Source: Verrucomicrobiia bacterium (GTDB lineage: Bacteria; Verrucomicrobiota; Verrucomicrobiia; Palsa-1439). From it: a DNA stretch of 64,000 nucleotides. Shown here one piece after another: positions 1 to 9,556 of the stretch; position 1 is the stretch's first letter; each line of letters starts with the position of its first letter. The notes beneath the pieces were generated by a model that had not been told where the DNA came from, searched no databases, and was given only the letters and a program-made list of their open reading frames with translations. The translations under genes were made by a program, and so were the position numbers. Where the stretch lies: NCBI GenBank assembly GCA_050010195.1, contig JBEKLM010000002.1, forward strand, positions 56,089-120,088. Reading direction: 5' to 3'.

Positions 1-651
1 CCGGTCGGCCAGAATCTGGAACTCAATGTGGCGGGGGCTCTCGATGTATTTTTCGAGGTAGACGACCGAGTTGGAAAACGCGCGTTCGGCTTCCGACCGC
101 GCCGTGTGGTAGCCCTTGACGAGGCTGGGGTCGTTGTGCGCCACCCGCATCCCGCGCCCGCCGCCGCCGCCGGCGGCCTTGACGATCACGGGGTAGCCGA
201 TTTTTCGGGCGATCTTGAGGGCGTCCTGCTCGTTATCGACGGGACCGTCGCTGCCGGGGACCACGGGCACGCCCGCTTTGCGCATCGTTTCGCGGGCCGC
301 GACCTTGTCGCCCATCGCGCGGATGGCCGAGCTGGGCGGGCCGATGAATTTGATGTTGCAGTTCTCACAAACCTCGGCGAAATGGGCGTTTTCAGCGAGG
401 AACCCGTAACCGGGGTGGATCGCCTCCACGTCGCCCACTTCGGCGGCGCTGATGATCCGGTCGATCTTGAGGTAGCTCTCCTGGCTGGGGGCGTCGCCGA
501 TGCAGATGGCCTCGTCCGCCAACTGGACGTGGAGCGAGTCGGCGTCCGCCTTCGAATAGACCGCCAGTGTCCGAATACTCAACTCCCGGCACGCGCGAAT
601 GATGCGCACGGCGATCTCACCGCGATTGGCTATGAGGATTTTGTCGAACAT
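1..651 (-). CDS. accC: Acetyl-CoA carboxylase biotin carboxylase subunit (runs off window edge)
   Basis: Reverse strand from ATG at 651 reads [18 protein letters not shown]...[11 protein letters not shown]...[12 protein letters not shown]; directly downstream of accB. Confidence 0.96.
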   Translation of the reverse strand, partial: MFDKILIANRGEIAVRIIRACRELSIRTLAVYSKADADSLHVQLADEAICIGDAPSQESYLKIDRIISAAEVGDVEAIHPGYGFLAENAHFAEVCENCNIKFIGPPSSAIRAMGDKVAARETMRKAGVPVVPGSDGPVDNEQDALKIARKIGYPVIVKAAGGGGGRGMRVAHNDPSLVKGYHTARSEAERAFSNSVVYLEKYIESPRHIEFQILADR

Positions 652-695
652 GGCAATCTGTGTTTCCAGAGCGGAAGCTGCGCAGCCGCGTCCGC

Positions 696-1166
696 CTATT
701 TGACGCGCACCGCAAAGAGCTTCTGGCCAAATTCCACGGGCTTGGCGTTTTCCGCAAGAACTTCCGTGACGACCCCTTTGACCTCGGCCTTGATCTCGTT
801 CATCACCTTCATCGCCTCGATAATGCAGACGACGGTTTCAGGATCGACCTCCTGACCGACCTCGACATAGGTAGGCGCGTCAGGCGACGGAGCGCGGTAA
901 AAAGTGCCGACCATGGGCGACACAATATGCCTGGCATCTGTCGCGACGGGGGCCGACGCGGGCGCCACGGGCGCCGGGGCGGGTGCCGGCGCGGCAACCG
1001 CACCCGCGGCGGACGGTGATGGTGCCGGCGGGAGGGTCACAGACTGCTGAAAGCCCTCGGGACCGCGTTTGATGCGGATTTTCAGCCCATCCTGTTCCAT
1101 TGAGAACTCGGACAGGTCGTTGTCCTTCATCATTCCAATAATCGCCTTGATTTGCTCCAGTTCCAT
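696..1166 (-). CDS. accB: Biotin carboxyl carrier protein
   Basis: [11 protein letters not shown] and EAMKVMNEI biotinylation motif; Pro/Ala linker; start taken at MELEQIK. Confidence 0.96.
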   Translation of the reverse strand: MELEQIKAIIGMMKDNDLSEFSMEQDGLKIRIKRGPEGFQQSVTLPPAPSPSAAGAVAAPAPAPAPVAPASAPVATDARHIVSPMVGTFYRAPSPDAPTYVEVGQEVDPETVVCIIEAMKVMNEIKAEVKGVVTEVLAENAKPVEFGQKLFAVRVK

Positions 1167-1282
1167 GGTTCTGGCTCTGTCCTTTTGAAGTTGAGAGGGG
1201 CGTTCTTCCATCCGCTCGCCATCTGTCTGCCAAGCCCGCGTCTCGGCACGTTGCGGGTCTCGCTACCACCAAGGTGCACCTA

Positions 1283-3082
1283 TCACTTGGAGGATCGCGT
1301 TCCCTTGGCGGGGTCGGACTCTAGCAAAGTGCCTGTGGATTGTCTAACGCTTTCCTTGGCAGCGGCCAACGCCTGACTGTAGCGGGGATTTGTCGGGTTC
1401 AACTCGATGGCTCTACTGAGAAGTTGAAGGGCTTCCGCATCAACACCATGCGCGGCCATTTTCGCTCTCGCCAGTTGCCACCAGCCGGAGGCCCGGTACG
1501 GATCGCTCTCAATCGCTTCGAGGTACGCCGCGAATGCTTCCTCGCTCCTGCCAGCTCGGAGAGCCACCTCGCCCAGACCCGATTGAAGGCGCGAATTCCA
1601 AGGCGCCAAACCCACCGCCCGTTCGCTTTCGTCGAGAGCAGCCACGGGATTGATGCCTTCCATTCGACGGGCTTCCTCGCCCAGGAAGGCCGCCGCCAGC
1701 GCCCGACATTCGATCCAGAGTACGGCTGTCACCAAAACCACACAGACTCCCGCCACCAGCCAGTTTTTCCGTCGACGCGGCGCCACGGTGTCGGTCTTGG
1801 GCAATTCCTTCAAACCTTGCAACGTGCCGAGCAGAACAAACGCAGGCAGCGCGACGCCCGGTACATACAGCTCGAAATCAACCAGTCCGTGCACCGTCCA
1901 CCCCACCAACGCCCCGCAGATGGCGGCAGCAGCGACATCGCCTGCCCGCTCTCGCGCCAGCCGAAACGAGTCCCGCACCGCGACGATCCACAACGCGGCA
2001 AACGCGATAAACGCCAGCACACCCGAATCCGACCACATCTGCAGGAAATTGTTGTGGACGGCCGCGGCTTCCTCGGTCAGCGCCATCTTGTACATTGGAT
2101 AGATCGAACCGAACGTTCCCGGCCCCGTGCCAATCCAAGGATGATCCTTGATAATGCGAATCGCTCCGCGCCAATAATCCGTCCGGGCTTCGAGGCTCGT
2201 CGTCCCAAAATGCAACAATCCACCCTGTCGGGCGAGCGCAACCACAACGCCCAGGACCAGAACGAGCAGTGTAATCGCTTTCGCCGCTCCCCATCGGCCC
2301 TTCGGAACCAGACACCACAAAACCGCCAAGGTCATGAAACCGAAGGCGACGAACCCGCCCCGAGAACCCGTCAACAGAAGACAAAACAGCATTTCGCCTG
2401 CGGCAAACACCAACGCGATCCATTTCACCCGCATGTCCCAACCGCGCGCGCGGACCCAAATCCACGCCAGGACCGGGGCGAAGGCCACGACCAGAAACCC
2501 CGCCAGCGCGTTGGGATAAACGAACGGGCCGAACACGCGGTTGCTGGTCATACGCGCCAGAAAGTCCCGTGGCGCGGTGGACGCATCCACGTGAGTTGAC
2601 GCATACGCGCGGGTCTCTTCCAAGCCTCCGAAATGTTGTTGCATCGCCATCAGGCAGACGAACAGCGTCGCCAAGGCCAGCCCTCCGAATATCCGTCCCG
2701 TGGCCGCGCCATCGCGCGCAGACCAGGCGCCAACATAAAATAGCAGGACCGCCGCCGCGAAGAGCATGACCGTATCGATCGTCTCCTGGGGACAAATCGT
2801 CCACGGGGCGGCCAGTATCTGGGTCAACAGGAAGAACAGCGGCAGCACGAACAGCAAATCCACCCGTGCCAACATCCGATCCCGGTCGAGCACGAGCCAG
2901 ATGAAGCCGGCGAAGACGAGGATCACCGCGAGTTCATTGGGCCATGTGAAACAGAGCCACTCGATGGCGCCGGTCGGCGGCACGACGGCCCATTGCACCA
3001 TGGCGGGCGCGCCGAATTTCAGCGGCGCCAGAAACGCCACGGCTGCCAGGCCCAACACGAACCGGTTCGCAAGTCCCTTCAT
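1283..3082 (-). CDS. O-antigen ligase (Wzy_C) family membrane protein with C-terminal TPRs
   Basis: Many TM helices; GPFVYPNALAG, TGSRGG, GTGPGTF and HNNFLQ motifs; TPR-like tail. Confidence 0.85.
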   Translation of the reverse strand: MKGLANRFVLGLAAVAFLAPLKFGAPAMVQWAVVPPTGAIEWLCFTWPNELAVILVFAGFIWLVLDRDRMLARVDLLFVLPLFFLLTQILAAPWTICPQETIDTVMLFAAAVLLFYVGAWSARDGAATGRIFGGLALATLFVCLMAMQQHFGGLEETRAYASTHVDASTAPRDFLARMTSNRVFGPFVYPNALAGFLVVAFAPVLAWIWVRARGWDMRVKWIALVFAAGEMLFCLLLTGSRGGFVAFGFMTLAVLWCLVPKGRWGAAKAITLLVLVLGVVVALARQGGLLHFGTTSLEARTDYWRGAIRIIKDHPWIGTGPGTFGSIYPMYKMALTEEAAAVHNNFLQMWSDSGVLAFIAFAALWIVAVRDSFRLARERAGDVAAAAICGALVGWTVHGLVDFELYVPGVALPAFVLLGTLQGLKELPKTDTVAPRRRKNWLVAGVCVVLVTAVLWIECRALAAAFLGEEARRMEGINPVAALDESERAVGLAPWNSRLQSGLGEVALRAGRSEEAFAAYLEAIESDPYRASGWWQLARAKMAAHGVDAEALQLLSRAIELNPTNPRYSQALAAAKESVRQSTGTLLESDPAKGTRSSK

Positions 3083-3105
3083 TCAATCGGCCGCCGGCCG
3101 TCGGA

Positions 3106-4137
3106 TTACCGCGCCACCATCGTCGCTTTCGGTGTCAGCTTGAGCAGTCCCACCTCGAACGCCAGTGTCTCCGAAATATTGCGCGCAAGCGCGTTACGGA
3201 TTTGCTCGATGGCCTCGAGGTTACGGCAGGCGAGCGAACTCGTCAACCCGTTCGCGATTTGCCGCGTGGTCGTCGCCTGGTCGGGATGGGCCAACAGTTG
3301 GTCGTCGGCTCCCTCGGCGCACAGCAGCAGGTCGCCAAACCAACTGTACATTTCTTCCAACACCTGCTCCCGGGCGGCCCGGTATTCGCCCTCGATCCGC
3401 GCTTCCATCTGTTCTTCGAGCCGCTCGCGCACCCGGGGTTCCAATTCCTCGTACCGGTCGAGGTCGAGTTCCGCTTCCACGCGGGCGCGCGTTTCGTTGC
3501 GGATTTCCTGAAGGAGCGCCGTCAATTCCGACAACAAACGGTAACTGTGGGAAATTCGTTCCTCGGGGGTGGCGGAGAATTTCGCCAGCAGCGGCAGTAA
3601 TTCTGCGCCATAGGAAGAGGTAACGCCGGCTGTGATCGGACCGAATGATATTCTCAGGCACCGCGACAGAATTGTCGGCAGCAGACGCTGCGGGTCGGCG
3701 GTCAGCAGCAGGATCACCGTCTGGGCGGGAGGCTCTTCCAGCGTCTTGAGAAACGCATTGGCCGCTTCCTCGCCCAGGCAATCGGCGTCCACCACGATCC
3801 CGACTTTCACCCCCCCCAGTGACGACCGCAGGTTGACCGATTTCATAAACTCGCGCATCTGGTCGATCTGAATGCGCCGGCTCTTCGACTCCGGCCGCAC
3901 CCAGTACACGTCGGGATGCACCCCCTCGTCGACGCGCCGGCAGGAATCGCACCGGTCGCAGCTGTCGTGGTCCTTTTCCGAACAGTTCAACGCCTTCGCC
4001 AGCGTCCGCGCCATGGCTTCCTTGCCGCTTCGGCGTGGCCCGGCAAACAGATAGGCGTGCGCCAACCGTCCGCGCTCCAGGCTGTGACGCAGTTGCGCGG
4101 CGATCTCCTTCTGTTCCTGGAAATCGCTAAAGGACAT
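3106..4137 (-). CDS. holB: DNA polymerase III subunit delta'
   Basis: HAYLFAGP, Cys4 Zn module, HPDV, ANAFLKTLEEPP, TILSRC; overlaps tmk. Confidence 0.93.
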   Translation of the reverse strand: MSFSDFQEQKEIAAQLRHSLERGRLAHAYLFAGPRRSGKEAMARTLAKALNCSEKDHDSCDRCDSCRRVDEGVHPDVYWVRPESKSRRIQIDQMREFMKSVNLRSSLGGVKVGIVVDADCLGEEAANAFLKTLEEPPAQTVILLLTADPQRLLPTILSRCLRISFGPITAGVTSSYGAELLPLLAKFSATPEERISHSYRLLSELTALLQEIRNETRARVEAELDLDRYEELEPRVRERLEEQMEARIEGEYRAAREQVLEEMYSWFGDLLLCAEGADDQLLAHPDQATTTRQIANGLTSSLACRNLEAIEQIRNALARNISETLAFEVGLLKLTPKATMVAR

Positions 4138-4753
4138 CCTTTACCAAACTCCAGATTTGCTTCGCGATCCCCTCGATGGTTTGCCCGCCATCGATCACTT
4201 TCACGCGATCGCTTTCGCGTTTGGCCAGGTCCAGATATCCCTGCCGCACGCGGTCGTAAAACTCCAGCGCCTGGTTTTCCATCCGGTCGAACAACTCGCG
4301 GCCACGGACCCGTTCCAGACCGATTCGCGGGTCGAGATCGATCACCAGCGTCAGGTCGGGCAGAGACGCCCCCACGGCAAAGCGGTTGATGGTGGCTACG
4401 GCCTGTGGATCGATCTTTCGCCCCACGCCCTGATACACGGTGGTCGAATCGAGAAACCGGTCGCAGATGACGATGGCTCCGTCGTTCAACGCCGGCTGGA
4501 TCACCTCCCGAACGAGCTGGGCGCGGCTGGCGCAAAAAAGCAGCAACTCGGTTTCAGGAACCATGGCCGCCGACTGTTTGCTGTATTGGAGGATGTGACG
4601 GATTTGTTCGCCCACTTCTGTACCGCCGGGTTCACGGGCGATGAGCACTGGATAACCTCCTTGCCGCAAGTGGGTTACCAAACGGTCGATGTGGGTGGAC
4701 TTTCCGCTGCCTTCGCCGCCCTCAAAAGTGATGAATTTGCCTCTTTTAGCCAT
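4127..4753 (-). CDS. tmk: Thymidylate kinase
   Basis: FITFEGGEGSGKST, REPGGT, DRFLDS..YQG. Confidence 0.96.
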   Translation of the reverse strand: MAKRGKFITFEGGEGSGKSTHIDRLVTHLRQGGYPVLIAREPGGTEVGEQIRHILQYSKQSAAMVPETELLLFCASRAQLVREVIQPALNDGAIVICDRFLDSTTVYQGVGRKIDPQAVATINRFAVGASLPDLTLVIDLDPRIGLERVRGRELFDRMENQALEFYDRVRQGYLDLAKRESDRVKVIDGGQTIEGIAKQIWSLVKDVL

Positions 4754-4887
4754 TTTCCCGAGAAATTTTCACGGATGATAGTGCCGCGTTCCGCAGTGGT
4801 CAAGATTTGGCACCGAGCCTGCTCTTTTTGATGTCGATATTCATATCATCATTTGGGTGGGAAACAAGAGATTGGGAGGATTTTCAG

Positions 4888-5364
4888 ATGCCACTGACAG
4901 CCGAAAATATCGGGCAAACGGATACGCTCAATGCGCCTGGCCAGGATGCCGTTCCGGCCACCGCTGACGGGTCCCTCATCCGCGTGCTGGCGATTGACGA
5001 CAACGAGGAGTTCCGCGTTCTCATCACCGAACTGCTGCGGCCCTTTGGATTTGACGTTCAGGCCCTCGCCAGTCCCGTAAAGGCGCTGGAAAAGTTCACC
5101 CAGGAAAAAGACAAAATTCAGCTCGTGCTGCTTGACTACTACATGCCCCAGCTTGACGGCGCCAAGACGTTCGAGTGGTTGAAGAAACTCAATCCGAACG
5201 TGAAAGTCATCATTGTGTCTGGCGCCGAAGAACTGCGGCTCCGCCAGATCCTCGCTCAACACCCGATCGACGGCTATATCCGCAAGCCATTCCGCGTCCA
5301 GGAAGCCCTTCACATCATCCGCCACGTGATGAGCAGATCCGTCAATCGCCCCACCGCTGGCTAA
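4888..5364 (+). CDS. Single-domain response regulator (REC)
   Basis: AIDDN, LLDYYMP, KPF; GGAGGA RBS before ATG 4888. Confidence 0.88.
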   Translation: MPLTAENIGQTDTLNAPGQDAVPATADGSLIRVLAIDDNEEFRVLITELLRPFGFDVQALASPVKALEKFTQEKDKIQLVLLDYYMPQLDGAKTFEWLKKLNPNVKVIIVSGAEELRLRQILAQHPIDGYIRKPFRVQEALHIIRHVMSRSVNRPTAG

Positions 5365-5421
5365 CTGGCTTATCCGAAACGTCTCGCGGGGCAGGCCACC
5401 ATGTCTGCCCTTCTGGCCTTC

Positions 5422-6528
5422 CTAACCGTGAAACCACTTCCACGCTCGCATGTACCAGGGAGGGGTTTGATCCTGAGGAGGCGCGGCGGGTTGTGCGGTC
5501 TTCGCGGGCGCATTGGTTTCACTCGAGCGGCCAGCGGAAGCCGATGGAACGTGGACGACGCTCGCCTGGTTCTGGGTGTTTGTGCCTGACAACCGCGCAA
5601 GGGCGGTCTTGTATTCTTGTTCGCGCGGCGGGATTTGAGACTGCAAGTCCGTGATCTTCGCGTCCAGCGACGTCAGCGGCCCCTGTTCCTGGGTAACCCG
5701 TTGCTGGTCCGAATTGATTTCGGCTTGTAGCTGCGAACGCTCGGGATTGGAAACCGGTTCCCCCATGTTCTCCCCCTGCGAAACACCCACCGCCCCGGCC
5801 GTCAACCGACCCGCGAGGTCACGTCGACCGCCTTGATTAGCCGCCGACGCAGATCCCCCTGTGTCCGATATGTTTGCGAGCCGGGACCGTGCATCGGCGA
5901 GTTGCTTTTGGGCGCCAGCGAGCTTCTCGGCTTGTGCGGCACGTTGCGTCTGCGCATCGGCCAATTGCTTCTTGAGAGATTGAAGAGCGGTTTGTGCGAC
6001 TTGCGCTTTCTTCTCATCTGGCGTCAGCCACGTTCCGGCGAACTTGACCTTGCCGCTCGCGACATTGGACGCCTCGGTCTGCCAGTCGGCCAGACGATGA
6101 TTAATGTCCGCCGCGAAGCTGGAGTTGGTGTAGGTTGTCAGGAATTCCTCAAAGGCCGCGATTCCCGCGTCGTACTGGCCCTTCGTGAGTTCCTGGTTCG
6201 CATTCAGGGCATAGGCTCCCAAGACTGCGTAGTCCGCCTTCTCGTGTTTCTGTTCGAGGCTCTCGCGGACGATGGACTGAATGTCTGACCTGGCCACCTC
6301 TCGCGTTGAGAGAATCGTGCCATGATAAAAGGAGGCCTCGATCACGAGCTGCGTATCCGTCTCGGAAAGGATTCGCCCGTCCAGAACCTCGCCAGAACGT
6401 AACGTCACGGTGTCGGCGTTAGCGGTCGACACACCACCGGCCAAGAGCACCCCGGCAAGAATCCAAAGCAACCGACTGAGTGAAACTTCCGTCCCTCTTG
6501 TCGGAACGCCACTTTTCGGAATCGTCAT
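5422..6528 (-). CDS. Exported coiled-coil protein, paralog of 57812-59050 and 59149-60390
   Basis: Signal peptide, DTVTLRSGEVLDGRI...W.TE...VASGKVKF.G.WL shared with the paralogs; Gln/Ala coiled coil; Trp-rich C-terminus. Confidence 0.8.
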   Translation of the reverse strand: MTIPKSGVPTRGTEVSLSRLLWILAGVLLAGGVSTANADTVTLRSGEVLDGRILSETDTQLVIEASFYHGTILSTREVARSDIQSIVRESLEQKHEKADYAVLGAYALNANQELTKGQYDAGIAAFEEFLTTYTNSSFAADINHRLADWQTEASNVASGKVKFAGTWLTPDEKKAQVAQTALQSLKKQLADAQTQRAAQAEKLAGAQKQLADARSRLANISDTGGSASAANQGGRRDLAGRLTAGAVGVSQGENMGEPVSNPERSQLQAEINSDQQRVTQEQGPLTSLDAKITDLQSQIPPREQEYKTALARLSGTNTQNQASVVHVPSASAGRSSETNAPAKTAQPAAPPQDQTPPWYMRAWKWFHG

Positions 6529-6954
6529 TTTATCGCTCCATCGGATTGCAACGCCCTCGTTATCGAAGTCTACGAATCACACTCGTACCAAGCGCGGCTC
6601 GGCCATGGCAAGGGCTTTTGGTGGGAACCTCGCTCAAACGGGAGCAATTGACAAGCGATTCGGAGACGCGACCGCGCGGGTTGCCTGAATGTGCGCCGTG
6701 GACGGTTGCATCAAGACCGAAAGCGTTTCTTTCGTAATTGCGGAGTGAAATTCTGCCTCCAAGAATCGGCAGCGGCAACACGGTCTTGACCACGCCCTCG
6801 GTGAGGTATAGCGGCCAGTAGGGGATACTGGCGCTACGGGCCTGGTCAGCTTTCCGCGCTGCCGCTGCAAGTATTATCCGCCAACTGGAAACCGTTCTTG
6901 GGAATCCGCGTGTCCAGAACCCCACGTGCAGGCCGCGACGCAAACGTATCGTGG

Positions 6955-7311
6955 CTAGTCCTCGACGGTCCGCGGGGTTTGCGCTGCGATTCGCGACTTC
7001 ATTCGATTCACGTCTGCCCGCTTGACCCGCTGGAGTAACGCCTCGCTCGTTCCCGCTGACCGGCCGGCTGCCAAATCATACCCACAGCAATAACAACGTT
7101 CCTTCGTCCTATAATTTTCCGCCCCGCACGACGGACATTGCAGCAGGCTCACATGGCCGGCATCTTTGCGCCGGCTTCCCGGTTGGATAAAGACCGCCGG
7201 GACGACAACAAACACCGCAAGAAACAAGAGTAGTATAACGATCTCAGTCAGGTTCACAATCGTCTTTGCACCTTTCTCAACAGCACAATCACGCGGGAGC
7301 CTTACTGCCAA
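6955..7311 (-). CDS. Membrane-anchored zinc-ribbon protein (start uncertain)
   Basis: One TM helix followed by CPSCG...CYCCG. Confidence 0.65.
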   Translation of the reverse strand: MAVRLPRDCAVEKGAKTIVNLTEIVILLLFLAVFVVVPAVFIQPGSRRKDAGHVSLLQCPSCGAENYRTKERCYCCGYDLAAGRSAGTSEALLQRVKRADVNRMKSRIAAQTPRTVED

Positions 7312-7765
7312 TAAGCATTACGTTCCGTTTCGAGCCTCGAACCGGCGGGAGTCGAGCTACAATCCTGGCACCGGCTGGGAGAATGCGCCAACCCGTGAAC
7401 TGCGTCAAGGTGAAACCGCTGAAACATGTAGCTTGGCGGATCACGTGTGCGTTGCGCGGTGATATGTTACCGCCAACAGTTGGCCTCAGATAGATCCTAA
7501 CCAAGTCTAGGAACACTAGAAGCTGTTGCCAGAAGACTTCTCCTCCAGCGCATATCAGAGGTAATATCGATATCTCGCGACTGATGAGTCCATAGTGTCA
7601 GGTTCCGACAATCACACCAGAGCTTGTACGGATTGCCTGAAACGTTTTACTTACAACTGCTGTCTATCTACATTTTCAGCCATTGGTATCCTCTGTTTCG
7701 GCCTGGTAGGCCATCTCGGCACTCCCCGCTCCATGCACAATGAGCACGTTTGCCTCTCGCTGCCG

Positions 7766-8248
7766 TCAAGGCGTGATGGCAAACCGGTAAAACCCTTGCG
7801 GCCCGACGGCTCCGCCGGAGTTGGTCAACGTCAGGAGAGCCCCGATGCTGTTGGTGACTGATACGCCCGGGACGTTCGACCAGGTTCCACAGGCCAGATC
7901 AGTGGTAAACTGCAACTGATACGTCTCGTAGGCTACGGACGGGATGCTGACGGCGACATCGTTGCCCATGATCTGGAACGCTGAAATATGATTGGCCGGA
8001 GGGTTGAGGGGAACACTGAGTTTGAACACGGTGCCTTGGCCGTGCGTCCCGCCTGCCCAGGTCGTCCCGTAGAAATCACCATCGCTGCCCTGCACCAGCC
8101 CCGCATGTGGATCGTTTCCATCGTTGGGGGAGCTACCAAATGAGTAAAGAACCGTCTCCGTCTGTGCGTCGGCATTAGGAATTGTGAAGCTGAGAGCGGC
8201 CACTCCCAGTAGTAGACCAACCAGCAACAGTGCAATTTGCAGTTTCGT
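7766..8248 (-). pseudogene. Secreted protein with a single GloVer-type (choice-of-anchor) repeat; ACG in the start position
   Basis: ETVLYSFG...PHAGLVQGSDGDFYGTT..GG..G.GTVFKL repeat unit; C-terminal YQLQ..TDL...W...FYR domain; GGAGG RBS precedes ACG-AAA-CTG (would be MKLQIALLL signal peptide). Confidence 0.6.
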
Positions 8249-8324
8249 GATCTCCTCCCGTGTGCGCTTGTGCGCACGAGACGAGTGTACGGCAGTCCGG
8301 AAATCCTGGTATGTAAACTCGGAT

Positions 8325-8402
8325 GTTCCGGAACCTTCCACATGGATGTTGGTGGGGTCGGGCCTCGCGCTGATGATTGGCTTGGCTCGCCGTCGTCGGT
8401 AG
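8325..8402 (+). pseudogene. Orphan PEP-CTERM C-terminal fragment
   Basis: VPEPSTWMLVGSGLALMIGLARRRR-stop with no credible upstream body. Confidence 0.75.
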
Positions 8403-8426
8403 CACGAATTTGAAATAAGACCCTCG

Positions 8427-8458
8427 GAGGGCGTCCCGGCGTTAGGGACGCCCTCTTT
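8427..8458 (+). terminator. Intrinsic terminator-like hairpin
   Basis: GAGGGCGTCCC-N7-GGGACGCCCTC-TTT after the PEP-CTERM remnant. Confidence 0.6.
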
Positions 8459-8601
8459 GCTGTTTGGTGACGGCACGGTGACACAAACCTAACCGTGTCC
8501 CTCGCTACGTGGGAGTGAGCCAATTTCTTCGTATGAGTGCGAATGTTCCGGGTTCAGTTGCCGAGACGACGCACCACGCGGCTCCGAAGACACTTGAAAA
8601 C

Positions 8602-9537
8602 TCAACCCTTGCCGCGTCGGCGCATCAACGGAACCAGTGCGATCAGGCCGACGGCCAGCAACCCCGAAGACGAGGGTTCGGGCACCTCCTCGACGATTAG
8701 CACCAAGCCGTTGCCGGTGTTTTCGCCCCCGACGAGAACCTGATTCGCCCCGCCATCGAACGAACCACCGCCGCCGCCGCCGCCACCAGGATAGCCCCCG
8801 CCGCCGCCGTAGCCGCCGCCGCCACCACTATAGCCCCCGCCGCCGCCGCCGCCATTATAGCCGCCGCCGCCACCGCCGCCGAAGCCGCCGTTGCCGAAGC
8901 CGGGGGCGTAGCCGGCCCCGCCCGCCAGACCTGGGAACCCCTCCCCCCCATACCCGGCAGTTTGGCCATCACCGTTGCTGTCGAGGCCACCACCGCTGCC
9001 GCTGCCGGTGAAGCCACCACCACCACCGCCGCCATCGCCGGGCATGATACCACCACTACCGCCGCTGCCGCCGCTGCCGTTGGTGCCGCCGCCGCCGCCA
9101 CTATAGCCCCCGCCGCCGGCACCGCTCGTGCCGACGAGGCCGGGGCCGCCGAAGGCGCCGTTCAACCAGCTGTTGCCACCGCCGCCGCCAGCGATGACCA
9201 GCGGAGTGCTGCCATTGACAACAAAGCTACCGCCGCCGCCGCTGCTGCCGTTATTGAAATAGGTGGTGCCGGCACCCCCCACTGCGATAGTTAGCTGCTG
9301 GCCGTTGGTCAGGCTAAAAACGCCGCCAATTTCGGCTCCCAGCCCACCACCAGCGGGTACGACCATGGTGCTGTTGAACCCGCCTTGCGCACCGTCGGCA
9401 GTGATGTCGTAGGTGCCGGTCGCCGGCACCGTCCACGTGACACTGCTTCCGGTATAGCTGAAAGTGTTGGTCGTCTGGGCTTGGGCAACACCGCCCAAGG
9501 CGGCCAGCAACAGGGTGAGGATGAGTTTGCAGTTCAC
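8602..9537 (-). CDS. Glycine-rich PEP-CTERM surface protein
   Basis: Signal peptide, F.YTG....TVP.TG.Y.I.A.GAQGG start, poly-Gly tracts, C-terminal VPEPSS-TM-RRR; GTG start after GGAGA. Confidence 0.88.
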   Translation of the reverse strand: MNCKLILTLLLAALGGVAQAQTTNTFSYTGSSVTWTVPATGTYDITADGAQGGFNSTMVVPAGGGLGAEIGGVFSLTNGQQLTIAVGGAGTTYFNNGSSGGGGSFVVNGSTPLVIAGGGGGNSWLNGAFGGPGLVGTSGAGGGGYSGGGGGTNGSGGSGGSGGIMPGDGGGGGGGFTGSGSGGGLDSNGDGQTAGYGGEGFPGLAGGAGYAPGFGNGGFGGGGGGGYNGGGGGGGYSGGGGGYGGGGGYPGGGGGGGGSFDGGANQVLVGGENTGNGLVLIVEEVPEPSSSGLLAVGLIALVPLMRRRGKG

Positions 9538-9556
9538 ACCGTCAGTTCTCCATTAG

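Noticed and set aside
6560-6943. 127-aa minus-strand ORF and 9-bp inverted repeat (6711-6719 / 6781-6789)
   Set aside because: No motif, RBS or convincing structure; compatible with chance
7578-7650. CTGATGAG resembling a hammerhead ribozyme core
   Set aside because: No stem II closing into GAAA and no stems I/III could be formed
7320-7760. AT-richer intergenic patch, possible gene remnant
   Set aside because: No recognisable protein motif or repeat; cannot support a call
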